A stretch of DNA of 64,000 bases, from the NCBI GenBank assembly GCA_018650085.1, contig JABIGQ010000038.1, positions 4,388 to 68,387 on the forward strand, written 5' to 3'. The stretch comes from Candidatus Magasanikiibacteriota bacterium (GTDB taxonomy: Bacteria; Patescibacteriota; Patescibacteriia; Magasanikbacterales; UBA922). The translations under genes were made by a program, and so were the position numbers. How positions within the stretch are numbered: the stretch's first letter is position 1; each line of letters opens with the position of its first letter. Below the pieces are notes generated by a model. That model saw only the letters and a list, made by a program, of their open reading frames with translations, did not search any database and was not told where the DNA came from. Positions 1 to 10,544 of the stretch are shown in pieces.

Positions 1-720
1 TTAGATGGAGATGTGATTAGTGCTCCTACGGTGCAAGCAGTTATTACTGGTGGAGAAGCCGTGATTAGTGGGAGTTTTTCTTTACTAGAAGCGCGTGAAT
101 TGGCACAGAGATTAAATACTGGTGCGCTTCCTGTACCAATTCATCTTATTTCACAACAATCTATCGGAGCAAGCTTAGGGGCAGAATCATTGTCAAAGAG
201 TTTGTATGCAGGAATAGCAGGAGTGCTGATTGTCATGTTATTTATGCTACTCTATTATAGATTACCTGGATTGCTGGCTGTATTGTCATTATCAATGTAT
301 ATTATCTTTACATTAGCAATATTTAAGTTAATTCACGTGACACTGACATTGGCTGGTATTGCTGGATTTATCTTATCTATTGGTATGGCTGTAGATGCCA
401 ACGTTCTTATATTTGAACGATTAAAAGAAGAATTACGTGAAGGGAAGAGTCTAAAAGCAGCAGTAGAAGAAGGATTCCTTCGTGCATGGACATCTATTCG
501 TGATGGGAACATTTCTACACTTATTACTTGTGCATTGCTTATCTGGTTTGGATCTAGTTTTGTCCAAGGGTTTGCAGCGACACTTGCTATTGGTATTTTA
601 CTGAGCATGTTTACAGCAATTACTATTACAAGATTTATGTTACGTTATATTGTCCCATGGTTTGGTCAATATGGGAATAAATTATTCTTAGGGTATTCTT
701 CTCATGAAAAAGAACAATAA
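1..720 (+). CDS. secD: Protein translocase subunit SecD (C-terminal part; gene starts upstream of window)
   Basis: Frame is open from base 1 (LDGDVISAPTVQ...). Contains GALPVP, LTLAGIAGFILSIGMAVDANVLIFERLKEE and six TM helices typical of SecD; adjacent to secF. Confidence 0.96.
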   Translation, partial: LDGDVISAPTVQAVITGGEAVISGSFSLLEARELAQRLNTGALPVPIHLISQQSIGASLGAESLSKSLYAGIAGVLIVMLFMLLYYRLPGLLAVLSLSMYIIFTLAIFKLIHVTLTLAGIAGFILSIGMAVDANVLIFERLKEELREGKSLKAAVEEGFLRAWTSIRDGNISTLITCALLIWFGSSFVQGFAATLAIGILLSMFTAITITRFMLRYIVPWFGQYGNKLFLGYSSHEKEQ

Positions 721-724
721 GCAT

Positions 725-1765
725 ATGATTAATATTATAGAAAATAGACGCATTCCATTTATTATTTCAGGTATTGTATTTGTAGCAAGTCTTATTGCTC
801 TTGTGACATTACAATTAAAACCAGGGATTGATTTTACTGGTGGATCACTGCTAGAAGTGCAATTTACTGGTGAACGTCCAACGATTGATCAAGTAGAAGA
901 GGTTATTGCTTCTGCAGATCTGGGGAATGTAGTCATTCAACCTGCTGGAGATGATGGCATGATATTAAAAATGCGTTTTATTTCAGAAGAAGAACATCAA
1001 CAATTGTTTACTGTATTAAAAGAAACATTTGAAAAAGTAGAAGCTGTAGAGCTTATTACAGAAGAAGGAGAAGATGTGGTTGATGGTTCTACTGGTCTAG
1101 AAGTGTTGACAGTAGAAGGGGACAGTGAAGTTGTTATGCTAGATATTGAAACAGAACTTCCAGATGATGCTCTTTCTGCACGTGTGCTAGAAAAACGATT
1201 TGAAACTATTGGAAGTGTGATTAGTAATGAGCTGCGTGAACGATCATGGCAAGCTGGTATTGCTGTGGTATTAGCGATTGTCTTTTTTGTAGCATATGCG
1301 TTTAGACGAGTGTCAAAACCAGTATCTTCATGGAAATATGGGATTACTGCTATTATTGCACTTGTGCATGATGTGACTATCACTATGGGTATCTTTGCAC
1401 TATTAGGGTATTTTTACGGCATAGAAATTGATGTTCCGTTTGTGGTCGCCATGCTTACTATTTTAGGATATTCGGTCAATGATACTATTGTTGTGTTTGA
1501 TCGTGTTCGTGAAAAACTTATAAAACGTGGGCGAGATAAATTTGCTGAAACAGTAAATATGGGAGTAAATGAAACGCTTATTCGTTCTATAAATACATCA
1601 GTAACAACATTACTTGTATTAACAGCCTTATTCTTATTTGGTGGTGAATCTATTCATTATTTTTCACTTGCCCTTATGATAGGTATAGTATTGGGAACAT
1701 ATTCTTCTATATTCCTTGCAAGTCCGTTGTTGGTTGTCTGGGAAAGAATAGCAAACAAACGATAG
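725..1765 (+). CDS. secF: Protein translocase subunit SecF
   Basis: GIDFTGGS, ALVHDV and LTILGYSVNDTIVVFDRVRE motifs; likely start ATG 725 (MINIIEN), just after the secD stop. Confidence 0.96.
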   Translation: MINIIENRRIPFIISGIVFVASLIALVTLQLKPGIDFTGGSLLEVQFTGERPTIDQVEEVIASADLGNVVIQPAGDDGMILKMRFISEEEHQQLFTVLKETFEKVEAVELITEEGEDVVDGSTGLEVLTVEGDSEVVMLDIETELPDDALSARVLEKRFETIGSVISNELRERSWQAGIAVVLAIVFFVAYAFRRVSKPVSSWKYGITAIIALVHDVTITMGIFALLGYFYGIEIDVPFVVAMLTILGYSVNDTIVVFDRVREKLIKRGRDKFAETVNMGVNETLIRSINTSVTTLLVLTALFLFGGESIHYFSLALMIGIVLGTYSSIFLASPLLVVWERIANKR

Positions 1766-1780
1766 TAAAAAAAATTATTA

Positions 1781-1819
1781 AAAAGAAACACTTCATATAC
1801 TCGAGTGTTTCTTTTTTTT
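1781..1819. terminator. Intrinsic (possibly bidirectional) terminator after secF
   Basis: AAAAGAAACACTT...GAGTGTTTCTTTT stem followed by a T-run. Confidence 0.7.
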
Positions 1820-1858
1820 ATGGTATAATATAAGTATATAATTTATAGAAAAGTATTT

Positions 1859-2020
1859 ATGTCAGATAAATTTATTCGACATCTTATTTCTGCTATTGTG
1901 TTTATTGTCTCAATACTTATTTATGTGGCTGCATATACGGCAGGAACACATGGATGGTGGTGGACGTCTATAGGGCTTGTAGCAGTTTATTTTATTATCT
2001 ATACACTTGTCGAAGCATAA
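1859..2020 (+). CDS. Small 53-aa two-TM membrane protein (not in ORF track)
   Basis: Manual translation MSDKFIRHLISAIVFIVSILIYVAAYTAGTHGWWWTSIGLVAVYFIIYTLVEA*. TGGTATAAT lies upstream; the stop is 1 nt before the next ATG. Confidence 0.75.
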   Translation: MSDKFIRHLISAIVFIVSILIYVAAYTAGTHGWWWTSIGLVAVYFIIYTLVEA

Positions 2021-2021
2021 T

Positions 2022-3455
2022 ATGATAGTGTCTTTTGGAGTGCTTACTATTGATTTTACATCAATTATCTCTTTTTTCCAGTCAAGCTCGACTATTGGTA
2101 TTGTTTGGGCTATTTTTATTATAGCCGGATATTTAGGATTTATTTATGTATTATTATATTTAGGCATTGGGTATTATCAGGGATATCGTGAAGACAAGGC
2201 AACTGCTGATTGGAAATATGTCCTCCTTGCAGTAGATGTTCCCCCTATGAATGTCCAAACACCAAAGGCGGTAGAGCAATTATTTGCACAATTATCGGGT
2301 GCATTTGATTCTCCAGATATAGCAGCTAAATTTCGTGGTGGGTATAAGCAACGCTGGTTTAGTTTTGAAATTGTTAGTGTAGAAGGATATATTCAATTTC
2401 TTATTTGGACAGAAGCGGGTTTTCGTGATTTGGTAGAAGCTTCTGTATATGCGCAGTATCCAGATGCCGAAATTATAGAAGTAGAAGATTATGTAAATAA
2501 TGCACCAGAAACATTCCCAAATGATACACATGATATTTGGGCTGCTGATTTTGGGCTTGCAGAGGATAATGCATATCCTATACGCAATTATCGTGAATTT
2601 GAACATAATATCTCAAAGGATACTATCTTAAAAGATCCTATGGGAGCGTTTCTTGAAAGTTTTAGTCGTATAGGTCCTGGAGAGCAAATGTGGTTCCAAA
2701 TTATTATTGAGCCTATCTCAAATAGTTGGAAAGAAAAGGCTATTAAAAAAATAAAAGAATTAATTGGAGAAAAAGTAAAAGAAAAAGGCACTGGATTTGT
2801 GGGAAAGTATTTTGTAGATAAACCTATTGCTTTAGGCGCTGAATTAGCAAATCATATTACTGGGGCAGAAGCAGGAGATTGGGCTGCTAGTAGTTCAGAT
2901 GATGGGGATAAAAATGAATTGAAATACATGACGCCTGGACAAGTGAAGATATTAGAATCTATGGAACAGAAAATTAGTGCTATTGGATTTAAAACAAAAA
3001 TGCGTGGGGTGTATATAGCAAGAAAAGAAGTTTTTAATCCAAATCGTGGAGTGCATGCTATGATAGGGGCTATCAATCAATTCAATGTACCAACTTCTAA
3101 TTCGATTGTTCCTAAATTTGGTGTGGGTGCTTCTTACTTTTTTACAGAGTATAGAAAAAGAGAAAAGAAAAAGTTAATGATGAAAGCGTATAAAAAAAGA
3201 AAAATAAAACCAGGGGCAAGTTCTTGTATTTTAAATGTAGAGGAACTAGCTACTATTTGGCATTTTCCTATGTCTCATGTACAAACACCTATGGTTCAGA
3301 AAGTGGAAGCAAAACAATCTACTCCTCCTGTGGGATTGCCTGTGGAACAGATTTTGCCTATGGCAGATGTATTGGAAAAAGAAAAGGCTGCACTAGAAGA
3401 GAAAGTATCTGGGACAGATGCATATGGGTATAGTGGAGATATGAAGTTTGGGTAG
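2022..3455 (+). CDS. Conserved CPR hypothetical protein with N-terminal TM anchor
   Basis: Motifs TPKAVEQLF, WFSFEIVS, VYAQYPDAEI, YPIRNY and LNVEELATIWHFP resemble the non-catalytic region found with CPR TraD/HerA-like ATPases (recognition, not searched). Start taken at ATG 2022. Confidence 0.6.
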   Translation: MIVSFGVLTIDFTSIISFFQSSSTIGIVWAIFIIAGYLGFIYVLLYLGIGYYQGYREDKATADWKYVLLAVDVPPMNVQTPKAVEQLFAQLSGAFDSPDIAAKFRGGYKQRWFSFEIVSVEGYIQFLIWTEAGFRDLVEASVYAQYPDAEIIEVEDYVNNAPETFPNDTHDIWAADFGLAEDNAYPIRNYREFEHNISKDTILKDPMGAFLESFSRIGPGEQMWFQIIIEPISNSWKEKAIKKIKELIGEKVKEKGTGFVGKYFVDKPIALGAELANHITGAEAGDWAASSSDDGDKNELKYMTPGQVKILESMEQKISAIGFKTKMRGVYIARKEVFNPNRGVHAMIGAINQFNVPTSNSIVPKFGVGASYFFTEYRKREKKKLMMKAYKKRKIKPGASSCILNVEELATIWHFPMSHVQTPMVQKVEAKQSTPPVGLPVEQILPMADVLEKEKAALEEKVSGTDAYGYSGDMKFG

Positions 3456-3473
3456 TTATAGAAAAAAGAGTAA

Positions 3474-3555
3474 AATAAAAAACCGTCCCCTTGTCTCCTC
3501 TTTTATTTGTCGATAATTTCAACAAATAAAAGCGAAGTGGGACGGTTTTTTTATT
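3474..3555. terminator. Long interrupted hairpin between convergent genes (bidirectional terminator-like)
   Basis: AATAAAAAACCGTCCC...CTTTTATTTGT-loop-ACAAATAAAAG...GGGACGGTTTTTTATT. Confidence 0.6.
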
Positions 3556-3633
3556 CCATCAGATACCACTTGCAGATTGCCATATATAGAAGACAATCTT
3601 TTTTACCACAGGATGTGGATTTATATATAGTTT

Positions 3634-4302
3634 TTACAGAGACCAATACACTCTTGTGTAAGGGGTTCCATTGCTATATTGGGATTCCCGGACTTGGAAT
3701 GTTTCTATTTTTTTCCATTCGTAAGTTCGGGGGTATTGAACTTCTAAGACACCATAAACATGAAAGTCTATTGTTTTTTTTGGGTCGTCTTGTTCATCCC
3801 AAGTTCCATCTCCATTTGTGTCATTGATTGTTCTTTTTCCAGTATACTTAGGAGTTATAAATGACATGCCAGAATTATAATCATCTCCGGTTCGAGTACC
3901 TTCTATGATTACAGAACAACTGTGCTTAGAATTTTTTGGAGTAAATACATACTGTTCCAATTCTATAGTCATTTCTTGTGATGTAAATTGTTCCCCATCA
4001 CATTGGATTTGGATTTTATATTTAGGCGGATTAAAAATACCACCCCCTATTTCGAGAGTATTTTCAGGGTACTCAGAGATAGTATCATCTTCTAATATAG
4101 GCAATGAGTATCCAAGAGATGTCCGATATGTCCACCTTACAGTGATCTCACTGTTGGGGGGCTCTGCTGGCAGGACAACAGGAGTGGGGTTTTCTTCTGC
4201 CTCTGTTGTGAAGCCTTGTGGCTCACTACACTTGCAGCCTGCCATTAGGCTGGAGAGAATGAACAGAAGGGCACTGATGAGTTGGAAAGAACTGCGGCTC
4301 AT
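3634..4302 (-). CDS. Orphan predicted lipoprotein
   Basis: Signal peptide with lipobox LMAGC; DTNGDG Dx[DN]xDG-like loop; AGGAG SD 7 nt upstream of ATG. Confidence 0.65.
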   Translation of the reverse strand: MSRSSFQLISALLFILSSLMAGCKCSEPQGFTTEAEENPTPVVLPAEPPNSEITVRWTYRTSLGYSLPILEDDTISEYPENTLEIGGGIFNPPKYKIQIQCDGEQFTSQEMTIELEQYVFTPKNSKHSCSVIIEGTRTGDDYNSGMSFITPKYTGKRTINDTNGDGTWDEQDDPKKTIDFHVYGVLEVQYPRTYEWKKIETFQVRESQYSNGTPYTRVYWSL

Positions 4303-4462
4303 GATGGACTCCTATGCTTCACATGTTTGTAAAGCTATAGAGGTGGAATGTTCAGTATGCAGAAACAAGAGTTGATATCTGCATTGAACTAAAGTAAGCT
4401 AGCATAAAAAAAGTATTCTGTCAAGTATGGTGTATGGGTTTTTCATGATAGAGAACGTTATA

Positions 4463-4491
4463 TTGACAGTATCTTAAATAAATGCTATAGT
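4463..4491 (+). promoter_or_regulatory. Sigma70-type promoter
   Basis: TTGACA-17-TATAGT with TG extended -10; a divergent TTGACA-17-TAGCTT lies on the minus strand near 4396-4424. Confidence 0.6.
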
Positions 4492-4589
4492 TTTTAGTTG
4501 AAAAATAATATGTATTCCAGTATCTATAGATGTAAAAAATATATATATTGAAGCACATATTAACAGCCAGTGCTTCAGGAGGAAAGTGT

Positions 4590-4736
4590 ATGTATCCTGT
4601 AGTAGAGGATGAGTCTGTTTTGGAGAAAGTCGCTCTTTGGATGGGGGCAGTATTGCTGCTCATGGTAGTAGTCCTCGCGGGATACTATTGTGGTGGGTAT
4701 AACGGTCTCTGGACCGTGCACCCATTTTTTCTGTAG
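4590..4736 (+). CDS. Small single-TM orphan protein (48 aa)
   Basis: AGGAGG SD before ATG 4590; hydrophobic stretch VALWMGAVLLLMVVVLAGYY; downstream hairpin plus T-run at ~4764-4816. Confidence 0.5.
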   Translation: MYPVVEDESVLEKVALWMGAVLLLMVVVLAGYYCGGYNGLWTVHPFFL

Positions 4737-4863
4737 AGAGAAGAATCTCTCTGCAGTCCAACGAACGCCGTCTTTGTACAAGTCAATTTTGACATGTATG
4801 GGGGCGGTTATTTTTATATATACATATTGCTAAAATAGTAAATTTTACGTATACTTGAGCTAT

Positions 4864-5901
4864 ATGAAATCTATTGCACTCATAAACAATTTATATGGTA
4901 AGTATGCGAGAGGTGGGGCTGAGAGAGTCGTAGAGCAATTAGCAAGGCATTATCAGGCCGGAGGGAAGCATGTAATTGTCATAAGTTTAGGAAAGAAAAA
5001 TGAACGGATAGAACATGATGGTGTTGTGGTATATTATTATAAAGCACCGCAGATTTTTTCATATGTAGATTTAGACAAGCACGGATTGTTTTTAAAAATG
5101 ATCTGGCATGCTTTTAATATATGTAATATTTTTTCTGCTCTGGGTATTGTAAACATATTAAAAAAAGAAAAAGTATCACTAGTCCATACACATAATCTTA
5201 TGGGATTAGGATTGTGCTTGCCTGTAGCTTTTAGAAAAAGAAATATAAAGCATATACATACTGTGCATGATGTACAGTTGGTGGAGCCTAGTGGAGTATT
5301 GTCATGGGATCATAAAAAAGATAATTTGTTTCAAGTCTGTTATAAGTATATTACTAAATTATTGATGGGGAGTCCTGCAGAAGTAATATTTCCATCGCAG
5401 TATATGTCTGATTTTTATACATCACGTGGTTTTTTTAAGAAGAGTAAAAAAAAGGTATTGTCTATACATAATTCTTACAAACAAAAAACTTCTAAAAAGA
5501 TACAAACATATGTATTTGTAGGAACATTATCAGAGCATAAGGGGGCGCATCTTTTACCAGAGATATGGAATGATATTGATGATAAAACATTAATAATAGT
5601 AGGAGATGGAGAACTTCGAGAGCGTATTTCCTCATGGGCAAAAAAACAAGATACTGTTACGTATCTTGGGAGGTTAGAAAAAGTGGCATTAGAAGAAATT
5701 TATAAAAAAGCGGATTGTCTTATTTTCCCTTCAATTTGTATAGAAAACAGACCAAATGTTTTAGAGGAAGCATTGGCACATGGGCTTTCTATTATTGCTT
5801 CAGATACTGGTGGTGTGCGGGAGGTATTGGCAGAAGTGTCTCAGGCTCATTTAGTTACTCCGGGAGTTGTGGAGGAGTTTAGGGAGCAGATATTATCTTA
5901 G
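4864..5901 (+). CDS. Glycosyltransferase family 4 (GT-B)
   Basis: GGAERVV, HTHN, HTVHD, FVGTLSEHKG and ENRPNVLEEALAHG (EX7E) motifs. Confidence 0.9.
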   Translation: MKSIALINNLYGKYARGGAERVVEQLARHYQAGGKHVIVISLGKKNERIEHDGVVVYYYKAPQIFSYVDLDKHGLFLKMIWHAFNICNIFSALGIVNILKKEKVSLVHTHNLMGLGLCLPVAFRKRNIKHIHTVHDVQLVEPSGVLSWDHKKDNLFQVCYKYITKLLMGSPAEVIFPSQYMSDFYTSRGFFKKSKKKVLSIHNSYKQKTSKKIQTYVFVGTLSEHKGAHLLPEIWNDIDDKTLIIVGDGELRERISSWAKKQDTVTYLGRLEKVALEEIYKKADCLIFPSICIENRPNVLEEALAHGLSIIASDTGGVREVLAEVSQAHLVTPGVVEEFREQILS

Positions 5902-6005
5902 ATTGAGATTTGTAATTTCACATTATAATTTTTTTCAAAATAATTCGGGCACATTTTTTTCTCAAATATAGCTTTCTCTTCGCTGTATAAGTATATATAG
6001 GTAAG

Positions 6006-8078
6006 TTATCTTACATACTCATATACCCATACTTCATCTGCGCCAAATGTCCACCATGCATTGGCTTCTTTTTTTGCTTCATCTCGCAGGTATGCTGCTG
6101 GTGACCAGTAGCTGGTGTGGATGAAATATGCTTTATTTACGCCTGCATAATCCATGGCTTGAATCATCCATGCTCTTTTTGGTTCATCATATACCATGTG
6201 TGCAAAGTAGCTGTACATTGGGGCGCCTGTGGGGATAGAATAGAAGTATTGTTCTCCATGTGCTACATTGTGATATTTTAGAAATCCAAATTCTTTCATG
6301 GCTGTTACACCGACCATCTGATTTGTTAATACTATGTAGTCTGGAGTATTATCATTTCTTTCATGAATAAAATGTACGGCTTCTTTATCTGCGTTACGGA
6401 TAGATATCCCTGTATAATATGACAGAGCATTTCTGGTAGGGTAGGTAAAAAACCAAGAGATAGTTAATAATATGACAAGAGAGAAAATAGAAATATATTG
6501 GATAATATGTTTTTGTTTTTTTATGTAGTGATATAAATATATCATTGTACTGGCAAATGCTGGAAGTAAAAATAAATATGCCATCATAAGAAGGCGTTTT
6601 GCATAGTTACCGTATTCATAGTTCGCCATATTTGGGAAACGTATGATAGTAGCAATGATTGCTCCAGAAAAAAAGAGCCCAAAAGATGTCGCAAGAAAAA
6701 ACAAGGATCTCTTTTCTTTTTTTGTATAGAAAAGTCCAACCCCCATTATTGTTAATATGATATATGGGATAAGTGCTTTATAATGATAGAGTAATTGTAA
6801 ATGTCTTGGGGCATTATCAAATAATTCCCAATGTGGTTTTTTGAAAAATGAGATAAAAACATCCAGTTCTTCCCACGGCATAATAACACGAAGTTCGCTA
6901 TGCATATATAGGATAAGCCCCAGTGGCAATGCAATGGCAAGTAGGATGCTGTAGAGAGGGTAGAGGTATGTTTTTGTCTGGTTTTTAAAACGCCACGCTA
7001 GGATAATAATTGCGAGTGGAATACCAGCAATGGCATGAGTAATAAGTGTCATGATGGTAAATAGTCCTATGAGTAGGTCATCTTGTTTTCTATGTGGTTT
7101 ATCCCATATATGCCAGATCCATAATGCAACGAGTGTAGAAAAAAGAAGGGTGAGGTTAAATGGGGTGGTAAAAATAAACCAAGAAAGTGGTACAAGTGTT
7201 AAAAGAATTGTTGCCCAGAGTGCTTTATGTTTGTATCCATATGTGTGCCAGAGAAAGAGAGGAATGTATATACTTGCAAGCAGTGGGACAAGTAGGGTGT
7301 CTATGCTAATAATAGATATATGGCTGAGTGCAGAAATAAATAATACAAGCATGTATTGTCCTAGATAATATGGATTTTTTGGTGAGATCATGCCATGATC
7401 TCTAATATAGGTTTCACTTGCTTGGTGAATCACAGGATCATAGCCATAGCCATTTTTAAATAATATAATGGCAACGGACAGTATGAGTATATAATGAATG
7501 ATGCTTCCAAGGAAAAGAAGCATGGGGTGGGTTTTTTGTTTTAATGCAATAAATAGATAAAGTATGGTAGTTATTGCAAATACGGTAAAGAATTTGGGCC
7601 CTACGAGTGTCCATGGGGAATAGAGTGTTCCTCCATATTGTTTTGTATATAATACGCCTAGGAGAAGGAGACTTCCGAGTATTGGTATTATACCCCAGAT
7701 GAGTTTTTTTAAGTCTAATGTATTGCGTTTTATCTTAGCTTTAGTATTTGATTTTTTATGTATGAGATATATGGATAGTATTGAAATAAGGCATATTATT
7801 CCACTTGCCAAAAAATTACTCCACCCAAAAAACCAGTAAACAGGGGTTGCAATGATTGGGATAGAGAGATATAGTAATAGTGATCCAAAGAGGAATTGAG
7901 GGATTGCAGATTGTTTTGGGATCCATGATTTCCCCCAGATATAACCGTGTGTGAGTGTAAATAGGGAGAATATGAGTATTCCTGCTATTTTTGAGATATT
8001 TGTGTATATACTAAAAAGCGCAAGGATTGTCACAAGTGTGAAAGTGGTGATATACTTGATATGTATGGAGTTTTTCAT
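6006..8078 (-). CDS. Multi-pass membrane protein, GT-C-like glycosyltransferase candidate
   Basis: Many TM helices, GYDPVIH loop motif and a soluble C-terminal domain; adjacent to GT4. Confidence 0.55.
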   Translation of the reverse strand: MKNSIHIKYITTFTLVTILALFSIYTNISKIAGILIFSLFTLTHGYIWGKSWIPKQSAIPQFLFGSLLLYLSIPIIATPVYWFFGWSNFLASGIICLISILSIYLIHKKSNTKAKIKRNTLDLKKLIWGIIPILGSLLLLGVLYTKQYGGTLYSPWTLVGPKFFTVFAITTILYLFIALKQKTHPMLLFLGSIIHYILILSVAIILFKNGYGYDPVIHQASETYIRDHGMISPKNPYYLGQYMLVLFISALSHISIISIDTLLVPLLASIYIPLFLWHTYGYKHKALWATILLTLVPLSWFIFTTPFNLTLLFSTLVALWIWHIWDKPHRKQDDLLIGLFTIMTLITHAIAGIPLAIIILAWRFKNQTKTYLYPLYSILLAIALPLGLILYMHSELRVIMPWEELDVFISFFKKPHWELFDNAPRHLQLLYHYKALIPYIILTIMGVGLFYTKKEKRSLFFLATSFGLFFSGAIIATIIRFPNMANYEYGNYAKRLLMMAYLFLLPAFASTMIYLYHYIKKQKHIIQYISIFSLVILLTISWFFTYPTRNALSYYTGISIRNADKEAVHFIHERNDNTPDYIVLTNQMVGVTAMKEFGFLKYHNVAHGEQYFYSIPTGAPMYSYFAHMVYDEPKRAWMIQAMDYAGVNKAYFIHTSYWSPAAYLRDEAKKEANAWWTFGADEVWVYEYVR

Positions 8079-8135
8079 ATATCCACAGTATAGCGAGTTT
8101 TTTATCTATTTGCAATGTATTGAGTGATTGGGTTT

Positions 8136-8229
8136 GTATAGTATATCTATTTTTTCACTGCATGATTGCTTCTTAAAACGTTCCTTTTGCGGAACTAAAC
8201 ATATCCGTTCAAAAATAAATATACTGCAC
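8136..8229. repeat. 94-bp dispersed hairpin element, copy 1
   Basis: Near-identical to 24472-24565, 56988-57081 and 59347-59440; ~19-bp terminal inverted arms. Confidence 0.9.
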
Positions 8230-8253
8230 TCTCTTTAATAGATATTATATATT

Positions 8254-10479
8254 ATGAAAAAACAAATAGTACAATCGAGTATTGCTTTTATATTTTTGTT
8301 AGGGATATTGGGGAATATGTATATTTGGCAGATGCCTTTTGTTGGCACGTTGTTATTTTTTTGTTTTTCTGCAACTATTGCGTGGATGTGGCAGCCGGGT
8401 GTTGCAAAAATATTTCATGTGAAGGTGCATAGTGCTATGACGCATTTGCTTGGGTGGAGTGTCGTATTATTTGGGTATGCGGTATTGTCTAGTGTTTCTG
8501 TAATGATTCATAGGCTGACGATGCATCATGTTTCAGGTATATTGTTGTGTAGTGTATTATTGCCTTTTATTTTTTCTTTTTTATATCATAAAGTAAAGCG
8601 GAAACGGGATAAAGGTGTTCGGACGTTGGTAAGTACAGAGTCTTGTAGTCGTCATGAAATATTTGGTGGAAGTTCGTGGTTTATGGTGGTCTATCTGTTA
8701 TTATGGGCTGCTGGTGTGGCATTGCTTGTTGGATCTACCAGTGATGTGGTCTTGCGTTCTCCATGGCAGGCAATTCATCATGTGTTCCCATATGTATTTT
8801 TCTTTGCCAGTATTGTATTTGGAATTATATTATTTTCTAGGTATAAAGTTCCTGTTATTTTATTTACTCTTATTTTACATACGTTTTTATTACATTTGTT
8901 TGTGCCATTATCCCATGTATTGCCATGGGGAGGAGATGTGTGGCGGCATATTGCTATGGAAGAGCGAGTGGTGGCTTCTGAGTATATACATCCCGTGCTT
9001 ATAGGAGATACTGTAGAGATGATCCCAATGTTTGGTGTGCAAATTCCACGATTGTTTTCTCATCCCCAAAAGCTTGGATATAGTATGCTGTGGGGTATGA
9101 CTTCTTTTATTCAATATATCACAGGGCTATCTTTTGAAATAATACATATTTGTTTGGTGCCATTGTTATTTTCTTTTATGGTGCCTGTACTTTTATTTCG
9201 TTTAGGCGCGGTACTTTTTGGGACTACCAGAAGGGGATTATGGTTGGCAGCTGCTTCTCTTATATTATATCCTATCCAAGCTGCGGGTTCTCTTACTGTT
9301 CCTGTAAGCCTTGGGTTTGTATTTTTCTTATTTGTCCTTACTATTTGGGCAACGTATTTACGTTATGGTTATAGATATATGCGGTGGATGTGGTGGGTGA
9401 CTACGGCATTACTTTTTTTTGGGTATTCTCTTTATGCAGTACTTGGATTATTACTTCTTGTATATACATATGCTTATCGTTATATAAAAGGTATCTCATC
9501 TCTGTGGATAAAAAGAAGTGTGCTTGGGATAGGAATGGGTTTGTCTATCTTTGTTATTCCTGTATTTGAATGGTTAGCGGGGACGTGGCAGATGGGTGGT
9601 GTTGATATCTTAAGAGAAATAAAACAAATACTCGGACAATGGAGTGGATTGTATTATATTTCTCAAATTCGTGATCACGATATTTCAAGTGGAAATATGT
9701 TGATAAATCAAACACCTCTATATGCATATGTGGAGACAGTATTTACGGTATGGCGTTGGTGGATATTGGGAGTATTGTCTGGTGTGTATGCCAGCGTATT
9801 TGTGGCTATGTGGTTTATTATAAAAGATAAAATAGATGATAGATGGCGTATATTATTGTGGTTTGGAATTTCACTTTTTGGTGGGTATCTCATAGGGTGG
9901 CATCTTGGTGGTGGAGATAGGGCTATTATTCGCCGTCTGGATTTGGTGTTGGGCTTATTGATTGTATTATTTGCTTGTTATGGATGGGTAAATATAATGG
10001 ATATGTTATCTATTCGTCTCTCTCGTGTGTGGTATAAAGTTGTGGTAATGGTGAGTGTATTATTTGTTATATTGTTAGGGGTGCAAACATATATAAGTGG
10101 GCCAGATGAATATGTATTACATAAGGATAGTTATGATGCTGCGCGTATTGTGGCTACAGAATTGGAATGGGAAAATCCGCAATGTATTATTGCAGACACA
10201 TGGGAATTACTTGCGTTAGAGCGATTTACTCATGCGTATATTATAGGTGGTGGATTTCCTATGGTACATGGATACGGTCAGCCAGAGCGTGTGCGTCTAT
10301 ATCATCAGTTAACAAGTGATTTTGTAGGAGATGAATTGGAAGTGGCGCATGAGCTTACTGGTGATGATAGTTGTGTGTTTATAACATCTGTGAATAATGT
10401 AGACGTTGAGGGTGTTACTGCATTGTTTGGGAGTGATCCAGAGCGGGTTGGTGGAGTATTTATTTGGAGAGAGGATTAA
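8254..10479 (+). CDS. Multi-pass membrane protein, GT-C-like glycosyltransferase candidate
   Basis: Many TM helices, GGDVWRH loop motif and a soluble C-terminal domain; architecture parallels the divergent 6006-8078 gene (SPW motif, D-x-x-x-H loop). Confidence 0.55.
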   Translation: MKKQIVQSSIAFIFLLGILGNMYIWQMPFVGTLLFFCFSATIAWMWQPGVAKIFHVKVHSAMTHLLGWSVVLFGYAVLSSVSVMIHRLTMHHVSGILLCSVLLPFIFSFLYHKVKRKRDKGVRTLVSTESCSRHEIFGGSSWFMVVYLLLWAAGVALLVGSTSDVVLRSPWQAIHHVFPYVFFFASIVFGIILFSRYKVPVILFTLILHTFLLHLFVPLSHVLPWGGDVWRHIAMEERVVASEYIHPVLIGDTVEMIPMFGVQIPRLFSHPQKLGYSMLWGMTSFIQYITGLSFEIIHICLVPLLFSFMVPVLLFRLGAVLFGTTRRGLWLAAASLILYPIQAAGSLTVPVSLGFVFFLFVLTIWATYLRYGYRYMRWMWWVTTALLFFGYSLYAVLGLLLLVYTYAYRYIKGISSLWIKRSVLGIGMGLSIFVIPVFEWLAGTWQMGGVDILREIKQILGQWSGLYYISQIRDHDISSGNMLINQTPLYAYVETVFTVWRWWILGVLSGVYASVFVAMWFIIKDKIDDRWRILLWFGISLFGGYLIGWHLGGGDRAIIRRLDLVLGLLIVLFACYGWVNIMDMLSIRLSRVWYKVVVMVSVLFVILLGVQTYISGPDEYVLHKDSYDAARIVATELEWENPQCIIADTWELLALERFTHAYIIGGGFPMVHGYGQPERVRLYHQLTSDFVGDELEVAHELTGDDSCVFITSVNNVDVEGVTALFGSDPERVGGVFIWRED

Positions 10480-10544
10480 TTTCTTCTCTTGTTTCCTTTC
10501 CAATTTTACTGTATGATATCCACGTTGTTGTTATAATAAAAGTT

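Noticed and set aside
3905-4375. Antisense and alternate-frame ORFs such as 3905-4375, 22015-22530, 49967-50446 and 59838-60305
   Set aside because: They shadow well-supported genes and have no recognisable motifs.
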